A stretch of DNA of 64,000 nucleotides from Nitrosopumilus sp. (GTDB lineage: Archaea; Thermoproteota; Nitrososphaeria; Nitrososphaerales; Nitrosopumilaceae), in the NCBI GenBank assembly GCA_965205675.1, contig OZ242186.1, forward strand, positions 960,001-1,024,000, in the 5' to 3' direction. Of the stretch, positions 11,236 to 21,758 are shown in pieces. A program made the translations under genes and the position numbers. The notes beneath the pieces were generated by a model. The model worked only from the letters and a program-made list of their open reading frames with translations, was not told the DNA's origin and did no database searches. Each line of letters opens with the position of its first letter. Position 1 is the first letter of the stretch.

Positions 11236-11777
11236 GCGGGTATTCTATTGGAAATATAGAGTCTATTGGAGCTTCTGGTAAGGCATGGGTTGGATTTCAT
11301 GCCGTTGATATTGCTGACCTTTTCTTTTCTGAATTAAAAAATGCAAACAGGTCCATACAAATTTCTTCTTTTTCTACAGGTTACGAAAGCTCTGAAATGG
11401 TGAATTTTTTTAATATTCTTGAGGAACATCTTGAGAATCCACGAATGAAGATTAGTATTATTATCAATGATGATGGAAAAGAAAAAACAATTACTCCATA
11501 TGCGCGAAAAAAATTAGGAAAATTACAAAATGATTTTCCTACACAATTTTTTCCACAATATTTTAAACAGACAAAAGTAAAAAATCTAAATAAAATATTA
11601 CATGCAAAACTTACGGTAATTGATGGAACTACTGCTTTAATTGGCTCTGCTAACATTTCAAAAGGTGCATTAGAATCAAATTATGAAATAATGTTAAAAG
11701 TAACTGGACAAGTAGCAGTTGATTTTTCAAAAATGCTTTCAGAACTATCTAAACAAATAAGGTTGAATACAGCATGA
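11232..11777 (+). CDS. drmC: Phospholipase D-family nuclease (DrmC-like)
   Basis: Single HKD motif LHAKLTVID...IGSANIS...NYE; ATGA overlap with the DrmA-B fusion. Confidence 0.8.
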   Translation: MSGYSIGNIESIGASGKAWVGFHAVDIADLFFSELKNANRSIQISSFSTGYESSEMVNFFNILEEHLENPRMKISIIINDDGKEKTITPYARKKLGKLQNDFPTQFFPQYFKQTKVKNLNKILHAKLTVIDGTTALIGSANISKGALESNYEIMLKVTGQVAVDFSKMLSELSKQIRLNTA

Positions 11778-13273
11778 CTCAAAGAAGATTTGATCCTGAA
11801 AAAGCAGATGTTAAACGAGAAAATAATTTCAATATTAATTTATTTGAGAAATTAATTCCCAAGTTTGACACTATCTACAAGAAAGATCTCAAGACTAGTA
11901 TGATTCGTGATTGTGAATCTATAATTCAAAGTGTTGAAAGATTATCATTTAAAATACCTTCTAAAAAAAGAGATGATTCTAATTTGATAAATCCTTGGAC
12001 TATTCAAGGAGAATTTGGAGATTATGCTTACTTTACAATAAAATTACCAATGCCCATTATCCACTATATTCATCCTATATTCAATCGTCTTCATTTTCAA
12101 ATTGGATATTATGAAATGAGAAAGGATGTTGAATTCATTCCATGCTATTTGATGAATTTTAATCATGTTTCTCTTTCAAAAATAGAAAAACCCCGTCATT
12201 CTCCTTTAATTTTTAGTTCAATTAATGATGGATTATACACGAAATTTAGTCATCAAAATGGGAAATACATGAATTTTTCATCATCAAATATAGTACAATT
12301 TGGTGCAACAAATGAAAATATTCAGATTTCAGAAAGAGAAAGTATTGCCAAATGTTTTGAATATGCATATTGGTGTTTACCTGCTCCTAAACGAATAACC
12401 AATTTTTCATCTATTCATAATCTGATTTATCATTCGTATAGTGAAATTAAACGAGGTGGATTTATTCAGTTGAATAAAACTTTATTAAAAATTCTAAAAA
12501 TAAACAGAAAAGAAACTTTGCGAATTTTACCTACAGCAAAAACTATCAACTGTTATTTTGCTGATGTTGTATTGCTTGTAGATGATGGTGAAAAAATATC
12601 TTCTGAAAGACGTCCACTATTGTTAGCGGACAGTATTGTAAATTCATTTAAAGAAGGAGATATGTTTAATGCACTAATTATAACACAAAACGTTTCTACT
12701 CCAAAATATTCCCTTGTAGTTGGAAGTATTGGTAAGGTAATAGAATTGAATAATATTATTCCTCTATTAAGTATTATAATGTGGAAAGAGCTCCAGTATT
12801 TGGAAGAAAATTCTAGTATTACACGTGTAAATAAAATAAGTAAATTAACAAATAATATTCTAAAATTTATTGAACATAATTCTGGAGAAGTAGGAATAAT
12901 GAATCCTTCTTTAGAATGGAATTCAAATATTGGAAAAAAAATTGAAAAAGCGATTAATGATCTTTTCCCATTGTATTTTATTGATGATGATACTATCCAT
13001 CAATTATCTCCAACAATCATTTCTTTTCTTTTAAGTTATGATCCAAAAATTTTACGAAACAGAGATGCATTAACAACAATTATAAAAATTCTTAATTTGA
13101 TTAGCGTTAATTCAGAACAATGGGAAGAATCTACACGTTCACAATTAGAAATATCAAATAACCAAAATAATCATCTTACTTCTTCTACAATAAATCTACT
13201 CCTTGATAATTTACCTATTCTAGTAAACATGATGATGTATTCTAGAATCTTTTCGCAACACTATTTGGACTGA
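11774..13273 (+). CDS. Uncharacterised 499-aa protein in the DISARM-like operon
   Basis: Intact ORF, ATGA-coupled to the PLD gene; no confident motif. Confidence 0.75.
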   Translation: MTQRRFDPEKADVKRENNFNINLFEKLIPKFDTIYKKDLKTSMIRDCESIIQSVERLSFKIPSKKRDDSNLINPWTIQGEFGDYAYFTIKLPMPIIHYIHPIFNRLHFQIGYYEMRKDVEFIPCYLMNFNHVSLSKIEKPRHSPLIFSSINDGLYTKFSHQNGKYMNFSSSNIVQFGATNENIQISERESIAKCFEYAYWCLPAPKRITNFSSIHNLIYHSYSEIKRGGFIQLNKTLLKILKINRKETLRILPTAKTINCYFADVVLLVDDGEKISSERRPLLLADSIVNSFKEGDMFNALIITQNVSTPKYSLVVGSIGKVIELNNIIPLLSIIMWKELQYLEENSSITRVNKISKLTNNILKFIEHNSGEVGIMNPSLEWNSNIGKKIEKAINDLFPLYFIDDDTIHQLSPTIISFLLSYDPKILRNRDALTTIIKILNLISVNSEQWEESTRSQLEISNNQNNHLTSSTINLLLDNLPILVNMMMYSRIFSQHYLD

Positions 13274-13288
13274 TGAGGATGTTTATTC

Positions 13289-14026
13289 TTGATTAAAATC
13301 AACAAAGAAAATGATATTACAATACTAACTGCATCAGTTACTGATTTTGCAGATTCTTTAGGATATTGTGAATACAAAATTCCATTATCTATTCAGGGAG
13401 TAAAGCCCAAACCCTCACAATCCTTGATTCTAGGCACAAAAGCTCATCATGCAGAGGAAAAATACGAGCAAGAGCATGTGGAATTAGAGCCTGTATCAGT
13501 TGAGCAAATCGAAGACAAACAGGAAGACATTGAGTTTGCCCGAGAAAACATTCATTCTACTTTGATGATGCCGTTTGAATTTCCATCCGAACATGTTCTA
13601 GTTACCCTCTCAGGAAGGATTGACAAAATTCTAAGAGTTGATGAAACCCTGATAGTTCAGGATGACAAGTTTGCAGGGCGGCCGCAAACCTATGACAACA
13701 AAACACAGCCATATCCAAGCCAGCTGTTGCAAGTATTAGCATATCTTAACTCCAGTTTTTCTGCAAAGAGAAGCAAAGACCCGGAGGATTTCTTTGAGAT
13801 GCCACACACACAAAAGAAATGGCAGATTAGAATCTGTGACAGGAAAACTAGGGAGCCCTATAAAATATTCTCAGAAATTCAAGATGCTTTTTCACTCCAT
13901 TATTTGCATACATCATTAAAAAAATTTGCAACAATATCTCTTGGAATTAAAAATCCTGAACATCATAACAGTGTAAACAAATGCAACGCATGCAATTTGA
14001 AAACTTTATGTGATTATAAAATATAG
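13289..14026 (+). CDS. Cas4-like PD-(D/E)xK nuclease with 1+3 cysteine Fe-S motif (no CRISPR array seen)
   Basis: GYCEYK...GTKAH...LSGRIDK...VQDDK...QVLAY...KCNACNLKTLC. Confidence 0.85.
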   Translation: MIKINKENDITILTASVTDFADSLGYCEYKIPLSIQGVKPKPSQSLILGTKAHHAEEKYEQEHVELEPVSVEQIEDKQEDIEFARENIHSTLMMPFEFPSEHVLVTLSGRIDKILRVDETLIVQDDKFAGRPQTYDNKTQPYPSQLLQVLAYLNSSFSAKRSKDPEDFFEMPHTQKKWQIRICDRKTREPYKIFSEIQDAFSLHYLHTSLKKFATISLGIKNPEHHNSVNKCNACNLKTLCDYKI

Positions 14027-14039
14027 ATTTTGTGACATC

Positions 14040-14253
14040 ATGGCTAAACTAATTTGCAATTCAAAAGAATTCACATATTTCATCGAGCCTAGAATACGAA
14101 ACAATGTTGCCACAATGACAAAAAAATCAAAAAATAAAGTAGATTCTAGGTGTCAAAAATGTAACCAGAAAAAAGAACTAGATGCCGCCCATAAACATGG
14201 AAGTTCTAGAAAAGAGATCATCAAGATGGTTCTAAGTGATTATGAAACAGATG
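14040..14253 (+). pseudogene. Probable HNH-type nuclease, N-terminal part, truncated by IS66
   Basis: RCQKCNQKKELDAAH motif; ORF runs into the IS66 TIR at 14254. Confidence 0.55.
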
Positions 14254-15643
14254 GTAACTGTCTAGAGTTTTGAAGTAAAATCTCCAAGATATTCTAAAGA
14301 ATAATCATGAAAGTTTAATCCTCGTAATCTGCATGTCTCCTTTATACTCATCAGTATCTTATGAGAATCAGCACCATGAATGGTTCTATGACCGTTTGTA
14401 ATTTTACGAATTATCACATTTGGTCTGATTGCCCTCTCTGCTGTGTTATTGTGTGAATCAGTTCCAGTAATTAGGAATGTAAAAAGCATTTCTCTCTCAC
14501 GTTTCAATCTTTTTACAAACCTGATACAGTTTTTCTCTGTGTATTTTTTTGATATGATGTGATTAATTCTCCTTTCAAGATTCTTTTTTGCATGGATTCT
14601 TTCTGATTCTGATTTTATTTTTGCCACACCATGAGAGTCATAAATTATTTTCTTGAGATTCTTGGCAAATGGTGCAAATTCTGGTCCGGGATTCTTGTGA
14701 TTAATGGTATCATTAACCTCTCTGAGATAATGGATGTGACATTTCTGGTGAGTGCTTCCAACATGGTTCCATGCAGGGTACGAATCACTTGTAATGTTGC
14801 CATCATATCCCTTGAGAATTCTCTTGGGAACATCCATTGAACGTGATTTGTCAATCTCGTAAATTACAGTCCATTTACTCACAAATGCCCACAACCAGTG
14901 GTTCTGGCCATCTACCCTCCAACTTGTCTCATCACCATGTATGTTTAGATCTTCTTTTAACTCCACAATCATTGTATCATATCTGCTCCCAAATGCTTTT
15001 GATACTATTGATACTGCATGATTAATTGCAGATTCTGTAATGTGCAGTGAGAAGAGCATCTGCAAAAGATGAGATATTTTACCATACGATAATCCGATAG
15101 TTTTCAGTGATATGATTAGCACCATGAGCCTAATCCCAAATCTCTCATTGGGTAGCGCAGTGTGAATGTTACCCGAGATTTGTTTTTTGCAGTTTGTGCA
15201 GTATCGTCTAACTATCGTATATTTTGTCACAACTGCTTTTGCAGGAATGATGTCTTCTACTATTCTGGTGTATGAATCAGTTGGTTCTGAGAGTGATTTG
15301 CCACATGTGTTGCACTCTTTTTGGTCAACTGTAATGGCATCATCAATGTGTGCCCGTCTGCTTCTGCTTTTTCTAGGATGTCTTGATGTTTTCTTCTTTT
15401 TTGCAGTTTCAGTCTTGTTTGGTTTTGCTTTGATATTTCTTGCAACAAGTGTAGACACTGTTTGTTTTAGTTCTGCAATTTCTCTGTGTAACTGACGGTT
15501 TTCTTGCTCCAACGAGTGACATCTGTTACGATAATATTCCAGCTCATCATATACTGACAATTGTATATTGTAATTTGTCACTGATCAGAAAAGATATAGA
15601 TAAAAAATATTAAAGAAAGTACTTCAAAACTCTAGACAGTTAC
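14254..15643 (-). mobile_element. IS66-family element (copy 2), no target duplication
   Basis: TIR GTAACTGTCTAGAGTTTTGAAGTA at both ends; flanks AACAGATG and TATTTTTG do not match. Confidence 0.95.
14262..15581 (-). CDS. IS66 transposase (439-aa variant)
   Basis: Coiled coil, CxxC zinc finger, HGDETSW, NNTAERAIR. Confidence 0.95.
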   Translation of the reverse strand: MTNYNIQLSVYDELEYYRNRCHSLEQENRQLHREIAELKQTVSTLVARNIKAKPNKTETAKKKKTSRHPRKSRSRRAHIDDAITVDQKECNTCGKSLSEPTDSYTRIVEDIIPAKAVVTKYTIVRRYCTNCKKQISGNIHTALPNERFGIRLMVLIISLKTIGLSYGKISHLLQMLFSLHITESAINHAVSIVSKAFGSRYDTMIVELKEDLNIHGDETSWRVDGQNHWLWAFVSKWTVIYEIDKSRSMDVPKRILKGYDGNITSDSYPAWNHVGSTHQKCHIHYLREVNDTINHKNPGPEFAPFAKNLKKIIYDSHGVAKIKSESERIHAKKNLERRINHIISKKYTEKNCIRFVKRLKREREMLFTFLITGTDSHNNTAERAIRPNVIIRKITNGHRTIHGADSHKILMSIKETCRLRGLNFHDYSLEYLGDFTSKL

Positions 15644-16726
15644 TATTTTTGTTATTTCTAAAATAATGAATAATTATCTTTACAAAGAAATATTTGAGAA
15701 TTTCAATTGATATTATTGGTTTGTGATTTTGTACATTAGTTTCTTCTGAGATAATCAAATTAGCAATTATCCATGCATTGTACAAAATCAATGAATAGTA
15801 AAAATACAACAATCTTATGGATTGGTTTGAACTGGTGGTTTTTGGTCTGAACCTTCCCACACATGCATAGCCTGTTTCAATCCCCCAACGTTTCTTGTAA
15901 TCAGTTGGAATGTTTTGTATGTTATATGATATTTCTTTTGGTGAAACGTTTGTTGCAAACACAACATACTGATCAATAATATCTGATTTTTTTCTTGCAT
16001 TTTTGTTTGGTAGAATAACTAGATTAAATGATTCTACATGTCCTGATGATGATTTTATTGTGTATGGCGAGATTGACTTTCTATCTCCATTAACGTATTG
16101 TACAATTGCATCTTTGATTCGAGAATTCTTTTTTGCAGGCATTAGAAATTTCAGATTCTTTTGTTTTATTTCTGAAATTGTTCCAGCTGTGAAAAACTCC
16201 CTATCCACTAGCAATAGTTTAATCTTGATTCCATTATTGATGCCATCAGAGAGTAATTTACGCACAAAATCGGCATTTGATTTGTTGTCATACAAAGGAT
16301 AACAACCTAATTGAGCCCTGATTCTTTTTTCAACGCACTGCATGGTGCAGTAACTCTCAAAATGAGTAGTACTGTTTTTTGATTTTGATTTTATTAAAGA
16401 ATGGTTTGGCAATTTGTCATATCTTGGGATTAGATGTTTGTCAATTGCTACAGTAACTGGTTGTTCCAATACTCCCAGTTCTCGTAATTTTGATACTGTA
16501 CTATCTAGTGACTGATGTAATTGAATTTGCATTGTTTTTTGTGATATTTTTGATATGATTTTTCTCAACCATGAAGAGAAGCATTATCTGATTCCATTGC
16601 CAGTCTCTTTAATCCAGATTCAGAATATGAATTTCCCAAACACAATGACATGACAGAATTGTGTGCATCTGCATTGTGGAACCGTGAGTTATTTTTACTA
16701 GAGCATGGAAACAACAAGATATTGTA

Positions 16727-17824
16727 TACTTCCTAACATAAGTTCGTCAACCATCCTCTCGTTGCATATACTTGAGAATGTCTAAATTGAATCGTCTGGT
16801 TCTGTAATATTTGGAGATGTTATTTTTCAGATTACTTAGAGATGGTTGATACTGTGACACCAACAAATTGTATTTTCCTTGCTTCCATACTTCCTCAACT
16901 GCATTGAACTGTGGTGAGCCTTTTGGAAACCAATTCAATAGAACATCATCTGCATTCTCATCAAGATATTTTTGCACTAGTTTTGATCTGTGTTGTGGTG
17001 CTCGGTCTACATAGACTAGAATCTTGCCAAACTTTCTGTGCAATTCCTTTAGATAATCCAAAAAACAGTACTGATCAAATTTTTCATATTGTCTGAATAA
17101 TTGCCTGCCGTCATGAGTCAGTGCACCAAAAATGATTGTTTTTTGATGTGACCCGTTTACTAGAATAATTGGACGGGTTCCTTTCTTTACCCACATCTTT
17201 TTTCTAAATATCGCATCAGCAGTAAAGATGGACTCATCTTGTGCAAGAACTGTAAAGCCTTTTGCTATTTTTGAGGCTATTTGTTCTTTGGAGTTTTTTT
17301 AAACCAGAGTTTTTCCTCAACACTAGCTGAATTTACAAATCTCTTTGCTGCAACCTTTGGAACAAATCCCCATTTGTGTAATAATCTGTACACATGAACC
17401 TCATGATATTTTACACCTGATTTTTGATAAATCAGATTCATCACTTGCTTTGCACTCCAGCCGGATTGTTTTTCTGCAATTTGTAGTTGAATGCTGACTA
17501 GTTTCTTTTTTGGTATACTAGTTGGTCTGCCAGTTCTAGGCAAGTCTTGCAGTCCTGCAATTCCATATTCTGCAAATCTATCTAACCATTTGTATGCCCA
17601 TGAACGTACACGTCCAAGATTCTTTGCAACATGTGATGCAATTTGGTTCTCAAGTAATACTCGCTTTATCAAAAATAGCCTTTCTTTTACCTTGACGTTC
17701 TTTTCATCTTTGTATGCTTGAATTAATTTTTGATTATTCATGGTTTGATGTGTAATGTTTTGATCAATATGGCATTTGGTAAAATAAATCAGATCAATAG
17801 ATCATAAAATTTTGTTAGAGAGTA
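16727..17824 (-). mobile_element. IS630-family element type B, nested in ISH3-like element
   Basis: TIR TACTTCCTAACA / TGTTAGAGAGTA with TA duplication; excision restores the sequence of the ISH3 copy near 29400. Confidence 0.92.
16747..17741 (-). CDS. IS630 transposase (two ORFs, probable -1 frameshift)
   Basis: orfA HTH (LPRTGRP); downstream frame QDES, DRAPQH, PKGSPQFNAVE; slippery TTTAAAAAAAC near 17294-17304 (minus strand). Confidence 0.88.
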
Positions 17825-18010
17825 TACATTATTTTAGTGATAATCTCAAATGCTTTAGATAGTATCACGCCTTGGTGTGTCATGGTATCAAATGAAGTAC
17901 AATGCATATCTGATGGAGTGACATACTTCCATCAAGCTTTTTCTATCTGAATAGATTGATTGAATAATTGATAGTTTTTGATCTAAATTGAGTTACTTTC
18001 CCATCTACTG

Positions 18011-18028
18011 AATTACGCAAGATGTCTA
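18011..18028. repeat. Solo terminal repeat of the IS5/ISL2-like family
   Basis: AATTACGCAAGATGTCTA matches ends at 33180-33197, 47885, 48009-48026 and 54725. Confidence 0.7.
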
Positions 18029-18176
18029 TAGATTCGGGCATTAAAAGGAATAAAAAAATTACGAACAAGAAAAAACAGGCAAGAAAAATGAGATTTTAAT
18101 CTAGACTAAAAAAATAGAGTAAAGGTCAGATTTTTGTAAATTCGGTATGGAAATAAGAATTATTTTTATATTCAAT

Positions 18177-18443
18177 ATGGATTGGGTTGAAACATTATTG
18201 CAAAAATCATGTGATAGAACACTTACAAAAAGCGAAGTTTTGCACAGTCTTTTTCACATGATAGAAGTAAATGAAGGTGTACTAAATCACATTAAAACAA
18301 ACAAAACAGATTTTGGTCCAGAACTAGAAGAATTAAAACAAACCGAAATCAGAGACTTGAATTTTCATTTGAAATACTATAGAAGTTTAGTAAATTATAT
18401 TAATTTAGTACCAAAAAATAAGATTGTTGAACATAGAACATGA
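18177..18443 (+). CDS. Hypothetical protein
   Basis: 88-aa helical ORF, no motif recognised. Confidence 0.6.
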   Translation: MDWVETLLQKSCDRTLTKSEVLHSLFHMIEVNEGVLNHIKTNKTDFGPELEELKQTEIRDLNFHLKYYRSLVNYINLVPKNKIVEHRT

Positions 18444-18461
18444 TCATCAATTATAACATAA

Positions 18462-19010
18462 TTACGATTGTAGTGATTTAAAAAGAGAATCATATTTAGA
18501 TTGCTCTTTAATATTTTGACCATAATTAGTCTCAATTTGATAGTTTGAGGATTTTTCATCAAAAAGTTTTTGTAATTTTTCTACTTCTTTATGAATCATT
18601 TTTCCAGAATCTTCTTTGGCAAATTGTTTACGTTGATCTTCATTCTGACCTCGGGTTGGAAAAGATTTATTGTAAAATTTTTGTTGCAAATAAGATATAT
18701 TTTTACGTTTTATTAGCTCGGCTAGATCAAAATGTCCTTGCTCATGATTAAGCAAAGAATCATTGGCCTCAGATGTTCGTACCCAAGAAAGCAATGGATG
18801 AAATTCTACAAAAAGAGAAATATCTTCAATCAAGAAAACAATTTGTTCATTAACTCTATCTGAATTCACAGTCCAAGTAAAACTATATTTGATGATGCTG
18901 TGGCTGTCTTCAAATACAGCAGGGTTGAATTCTGCTTGAAAGTCACTCCATTTAAGAAAAATACCAGACCTCCATTCCAAGAGGGTTTTTTTACTCATAA
19001 CAGATAGCAT
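18462..19010 (-). CDS. DUF922-family putative zinc metalloprotease
   Basis: LKWSDFQ...SWV...LLNHEQGHFDLAEL...ETNYG. Confidence 0.8.
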   Translation of the reverse strand: MLSVMSKKTLLEWRSGIFLKWSDFQAEFNPAVFEDSHSIIKYSFTWTVNSDRVNEQIVFLIEDISLFVEFHPLLSWVRTSEANDSLLNHEQGHFDLAELIKRKNISYLQQKFYNKSFPTRGQNEDQRKQFAKEDSGKMIHKEVEKLQKLFDEKSSNYQIETNYGQNIKEQSKYDSLFKSLQS

Positions 19011-19378
19011 TTTTACGATAATAAAATTATTTTTTATTTTTACTAATTAACATGAGACATGGGCATAATTAATTCTAATTTTTGAGTTAATTCTCAAATT
19101 ATTCAAATCAAAAAAGCTAAAGGTCTTATCATGTTTTGTTCATTGGAATGTCAAAACAAATGAAAATCCCTAGGCAAGATTCTATCAGGATCATTTCTTA
19201 TTGGTGTGTTATATTTGGTGGGGATGTTGTCTTTGCATGAGAAAGTATTCAGAGCCTACAGGCATAATTCACAGCAAAACCACTTGTGAACGTGACAATT
19301 TGTTTTCTTTGGACTGGCAGTATTACTGTTACAGTTTGGACAAAAGTTAATTGCCTTTTCAGATCTTTTTCCTGAATA

Positions 19379-20474
19379 TACCCCAGATCATAAGTCTTTT
19401 CAATTTACTGTTCTTGCAAAATACTGATACATATTCAAATTAAATTTGTGGGTTCTAAAATATTCCATAACTGTATGCCTCATTTCATGAATAGATTCAT
19501 AAAATTCTGATTCAACATTAACATGTTTGCACTGTCTCCAAATCTCTTCAATCATACTCAAATGCGGAGAACCTCTTGGAAGATATGCCAGTTCAACATC
19601 TTCGTTTTTACGCAGATATTCTTTTACATCATTAGCTTTGTGTTGTGACGCTCTATCGACGATAACAAATATTTTCCCGAATTTTTTACGAGCTGCCTCC
19701 AAATAATCCATAAATGCAATGGAGTTAAATTTTTCATACGATCTAAAAAAACTTTGATTATCATCAGTCATCATTCCATAAACCAAAAATCTTTGGTGCG
19801 ATCCTCTCCAACGTACAATCATTCGTTGGTGTACATCTGTCCAGTATTTTTTACCAAGACGTACATCGTCTACAAATACAGACTCGTCTTGGATGAATAC
19901 TATAAAACCTTTCTTTTTTGCCTTTTTTATGCGTGAAATGATGCGGTTTTTCCACTTGCGGCATGTATCCTTGGATGCTGCTCGCACATGTAGTTTTTGT
20001 GGAACCTTTGGTTTTAGATTCCATTTGTGCATCAAACGACGCACGTGAGTGATATGATATGTAATGCGTGTTCTGTAAAATATGAATTGTATCAGTTTTT
20101 TTGGAGTCATTCCATCTGAAATTCTCTTAAATGTACGCTCTATTTTTTGTAATTTTTTGTGTGCGATTAATGGCGGACGGCCAGAACGAGGGAGGTCCTC
20201 CAGACCCTCCAATCCATATTTTTCAAATGAATCAAGGCAGTTCCTTACAGAATTGTATGTACAAAATATTTGGCTTGCAGTTTCAGCAATTGTAGATTTG
20301 TTGATCTTAATTATACACATTGCATGCAGTCTTTCCTTTTTCTTACCGTACTTTTCTTTTTTGTAGGCCTGGAGTAACTCGTCATTTGTGATGTCCATGA
20401 AATTATTTCTAACTACTGATCAAAAAGTATTGCTATTTGTTTTGAAAAATTGCAAAGAATTATGCTCCGAGGTA
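19379..20474 (-). mobile_element. IS630-family element type C (copy 1)
   Basis: TIR TACCCCAGATCATAAG / ATTATGCTCCGAGGTA, TA on both sides; the two flanks belong to different genes (adjacent deletion inferred). Confidence 0.93.
19400..20398 (-). CDS. IS630 transposase, single ORF (332 aa)
   Basis: PRSGRPP, IQDESVF, VDRASQH, LPRGSPHLSMIE. Confidence 0.92.
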   Translation of the reverse strand: MDITNDELLQAYKKEKYGKKKERLHAMCIIKINKSTIAETASQIFCTYNSVRNCLDSFEKYGLEGLEDLPRSGRPPLIAHKKLQKIERTFKRISDGMTPKKLIQFIFYRTRITYHITHVRRLMHKWNLKPKVPQKLHVRAASKDTCRKWKNRIISRIKKAKKKGFIVFIQDESVFVDDVRLGKKYWTDVHQRMIVRWRGSHQRFLVYGMMTDDNQSFFRSYEKFNSIAFMDYLEAARKKFGKIFVIVDRASQHKANDVKEYLRKNEDVELAYLPRGSPHLSMIEEIWRQCKHVNVESEFYESIHEMRHTVMEYFRTHKFNLNMYQYFARTVN

Positions 20475-21547
20475 TATGTACTGATATCAGTTGCAAATAT
20501 AGAGTCCAAAGTATCAGTAGAGCAAACAATAGGTAGGATACTGCGATTATCAAAACAAAAAGAAAAGAAAAACCAAGAATTAAACTGCTCTTATGTGTAT
20601 ACATCATCACGAATCTTTGAGGAATCAGCTAAAGCATTAGAGAAAGGATTACTACAAAACGGATACTCTAAAAAAGATTTCAAGCAATTAACTGAAAAAA
20701 TACAAAGCAGGGAAATCTACAAGAGAGCAATTACTGATAAGGATATAAAAATTCCATGTATTGGAATAAATGATAAAAAACTACGAAGAATAAACTTTCA
20801 TGATGATTTTTTGGGTTCTGACTTTACATTAAGCAAACAAAAACCTCCTGAGAAATATCTTCTATACTTTGATGAAAATAAAACAAAGAAAGTTGACATA
20901 GAATATGGAGATAAGTTGAGTAGTTCTGTGCAAACATCACTTGATGTTACATATCAAAACAAGGATTTTGATGAAACTCGCCTGTTAAATTGGCTTGATA
21001 AAAAAATAAAACGCATAGAATATTCTCAAACAGACAAAAGAGAATATTTAGCAAAAATCATTAATCATGCGACAAAAAAAGAAAATATCTCACTATCTGA
21101 ATTATCAATTAATTGCTACACTTTACGTAACATCATAAACAGACAGATTGACAAACTAGAGCAGACAAAAGCAGAAAAAACATTCCTACATCTTGAAGAA
21201 TCAAATAAACTGATAATGGATAAAATACAATATTCCCCAGAACAAACACTTGAGATTAGCAATGTTTCTGAGGAACCATTTAAACTGCATCTCTTTGAGC
21301 GGGCAGGAATAATGAATAGAGAAGAATTAAATCTTGCCTTGAAAATTGATGGACTAAAAAACATAAAGTGGTGGTATAGGAATATGGATAAAAATGATTT
21401 CTACATACAAGGATGGCAAAAATTCAGATTCAATCCTGATTTTATAATAAAGACTAAATCTGGTAAATATGTCATTACAGAGTACAAAGGGGAAAATTTA
21501 CTTAGCAATGATGATACAAAGTACAAGGAAAAACTAGGTAAAAAGTG

Positions 21548-21625
21548 TACACTGTTCAATCTTAGTGTCATTTCTCGATTTTCACCCGAGTGTTCAATCA
21601 GGGTGACGGGTGTTAAGTTAGGGTG
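21548..21625 (+). repeat. Left 78-bp TIR with three internal ~16-bp subrepeats
   Basis: Exact reverse complement of 25883-25960; subrepeats CTGTTCAATCTTAGTG, GTGTTCAATCAGGGTG, GTGTTAAGTTAGGGTG. Confidence 0.95.
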
Positions 21626-21628
21626 CTA

Positions 21629-21758
21629 TAGCGAGAAGCATATGTTCATGAACTATTTTCATGGTATTTCAGATCGTTTATTCGTATTTACCTAGGTAAA
21701 ATCATCTAATCTCTAGTTTTTTGATGATTTTTAGTTCACGAACTTTATCTTTTCGCTA
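21629..21758. mobile_element. 130-bp MITE (IS630-related), copy 1
   Basis: Imperfect TIR TAGCGAGAAG...GTTCATGAACTA / TAGTTCACGAAC...CTTTTCGCTA, TA duplication; homologous inverted copy at 58748-58876. Confidence 0.85.

Larger units (their letters stand above)
15644..18010 (-). mobile_element. ISH3-like (IS4 superfamily) element, copy 1, disrupted by IS630 and IS66, right end missing
   Basis: Left TIR CAGTAGATGGGAAAGTAACTCA (reverse strand, ending 18010); transposase part 15624-16568 with AIDKH, LLVDREFF, YKKRWGIETGY. Confidence 0.85.

Noticed and set aside
13289-14300. CRISPR-Cas locus suggested by the Cas4-like gene
   Set aside because: No direct-repeat/spacer array and no cas1/cas2 seen anywhere in the window.
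20388-21695. 435-aa ORF as a complete gene
   Set aside because: Its N-terminus is read from the IS630 end and its C-terminus from the transposon TIR and MITE; it is a chimeric fragment of a type III Res gene.
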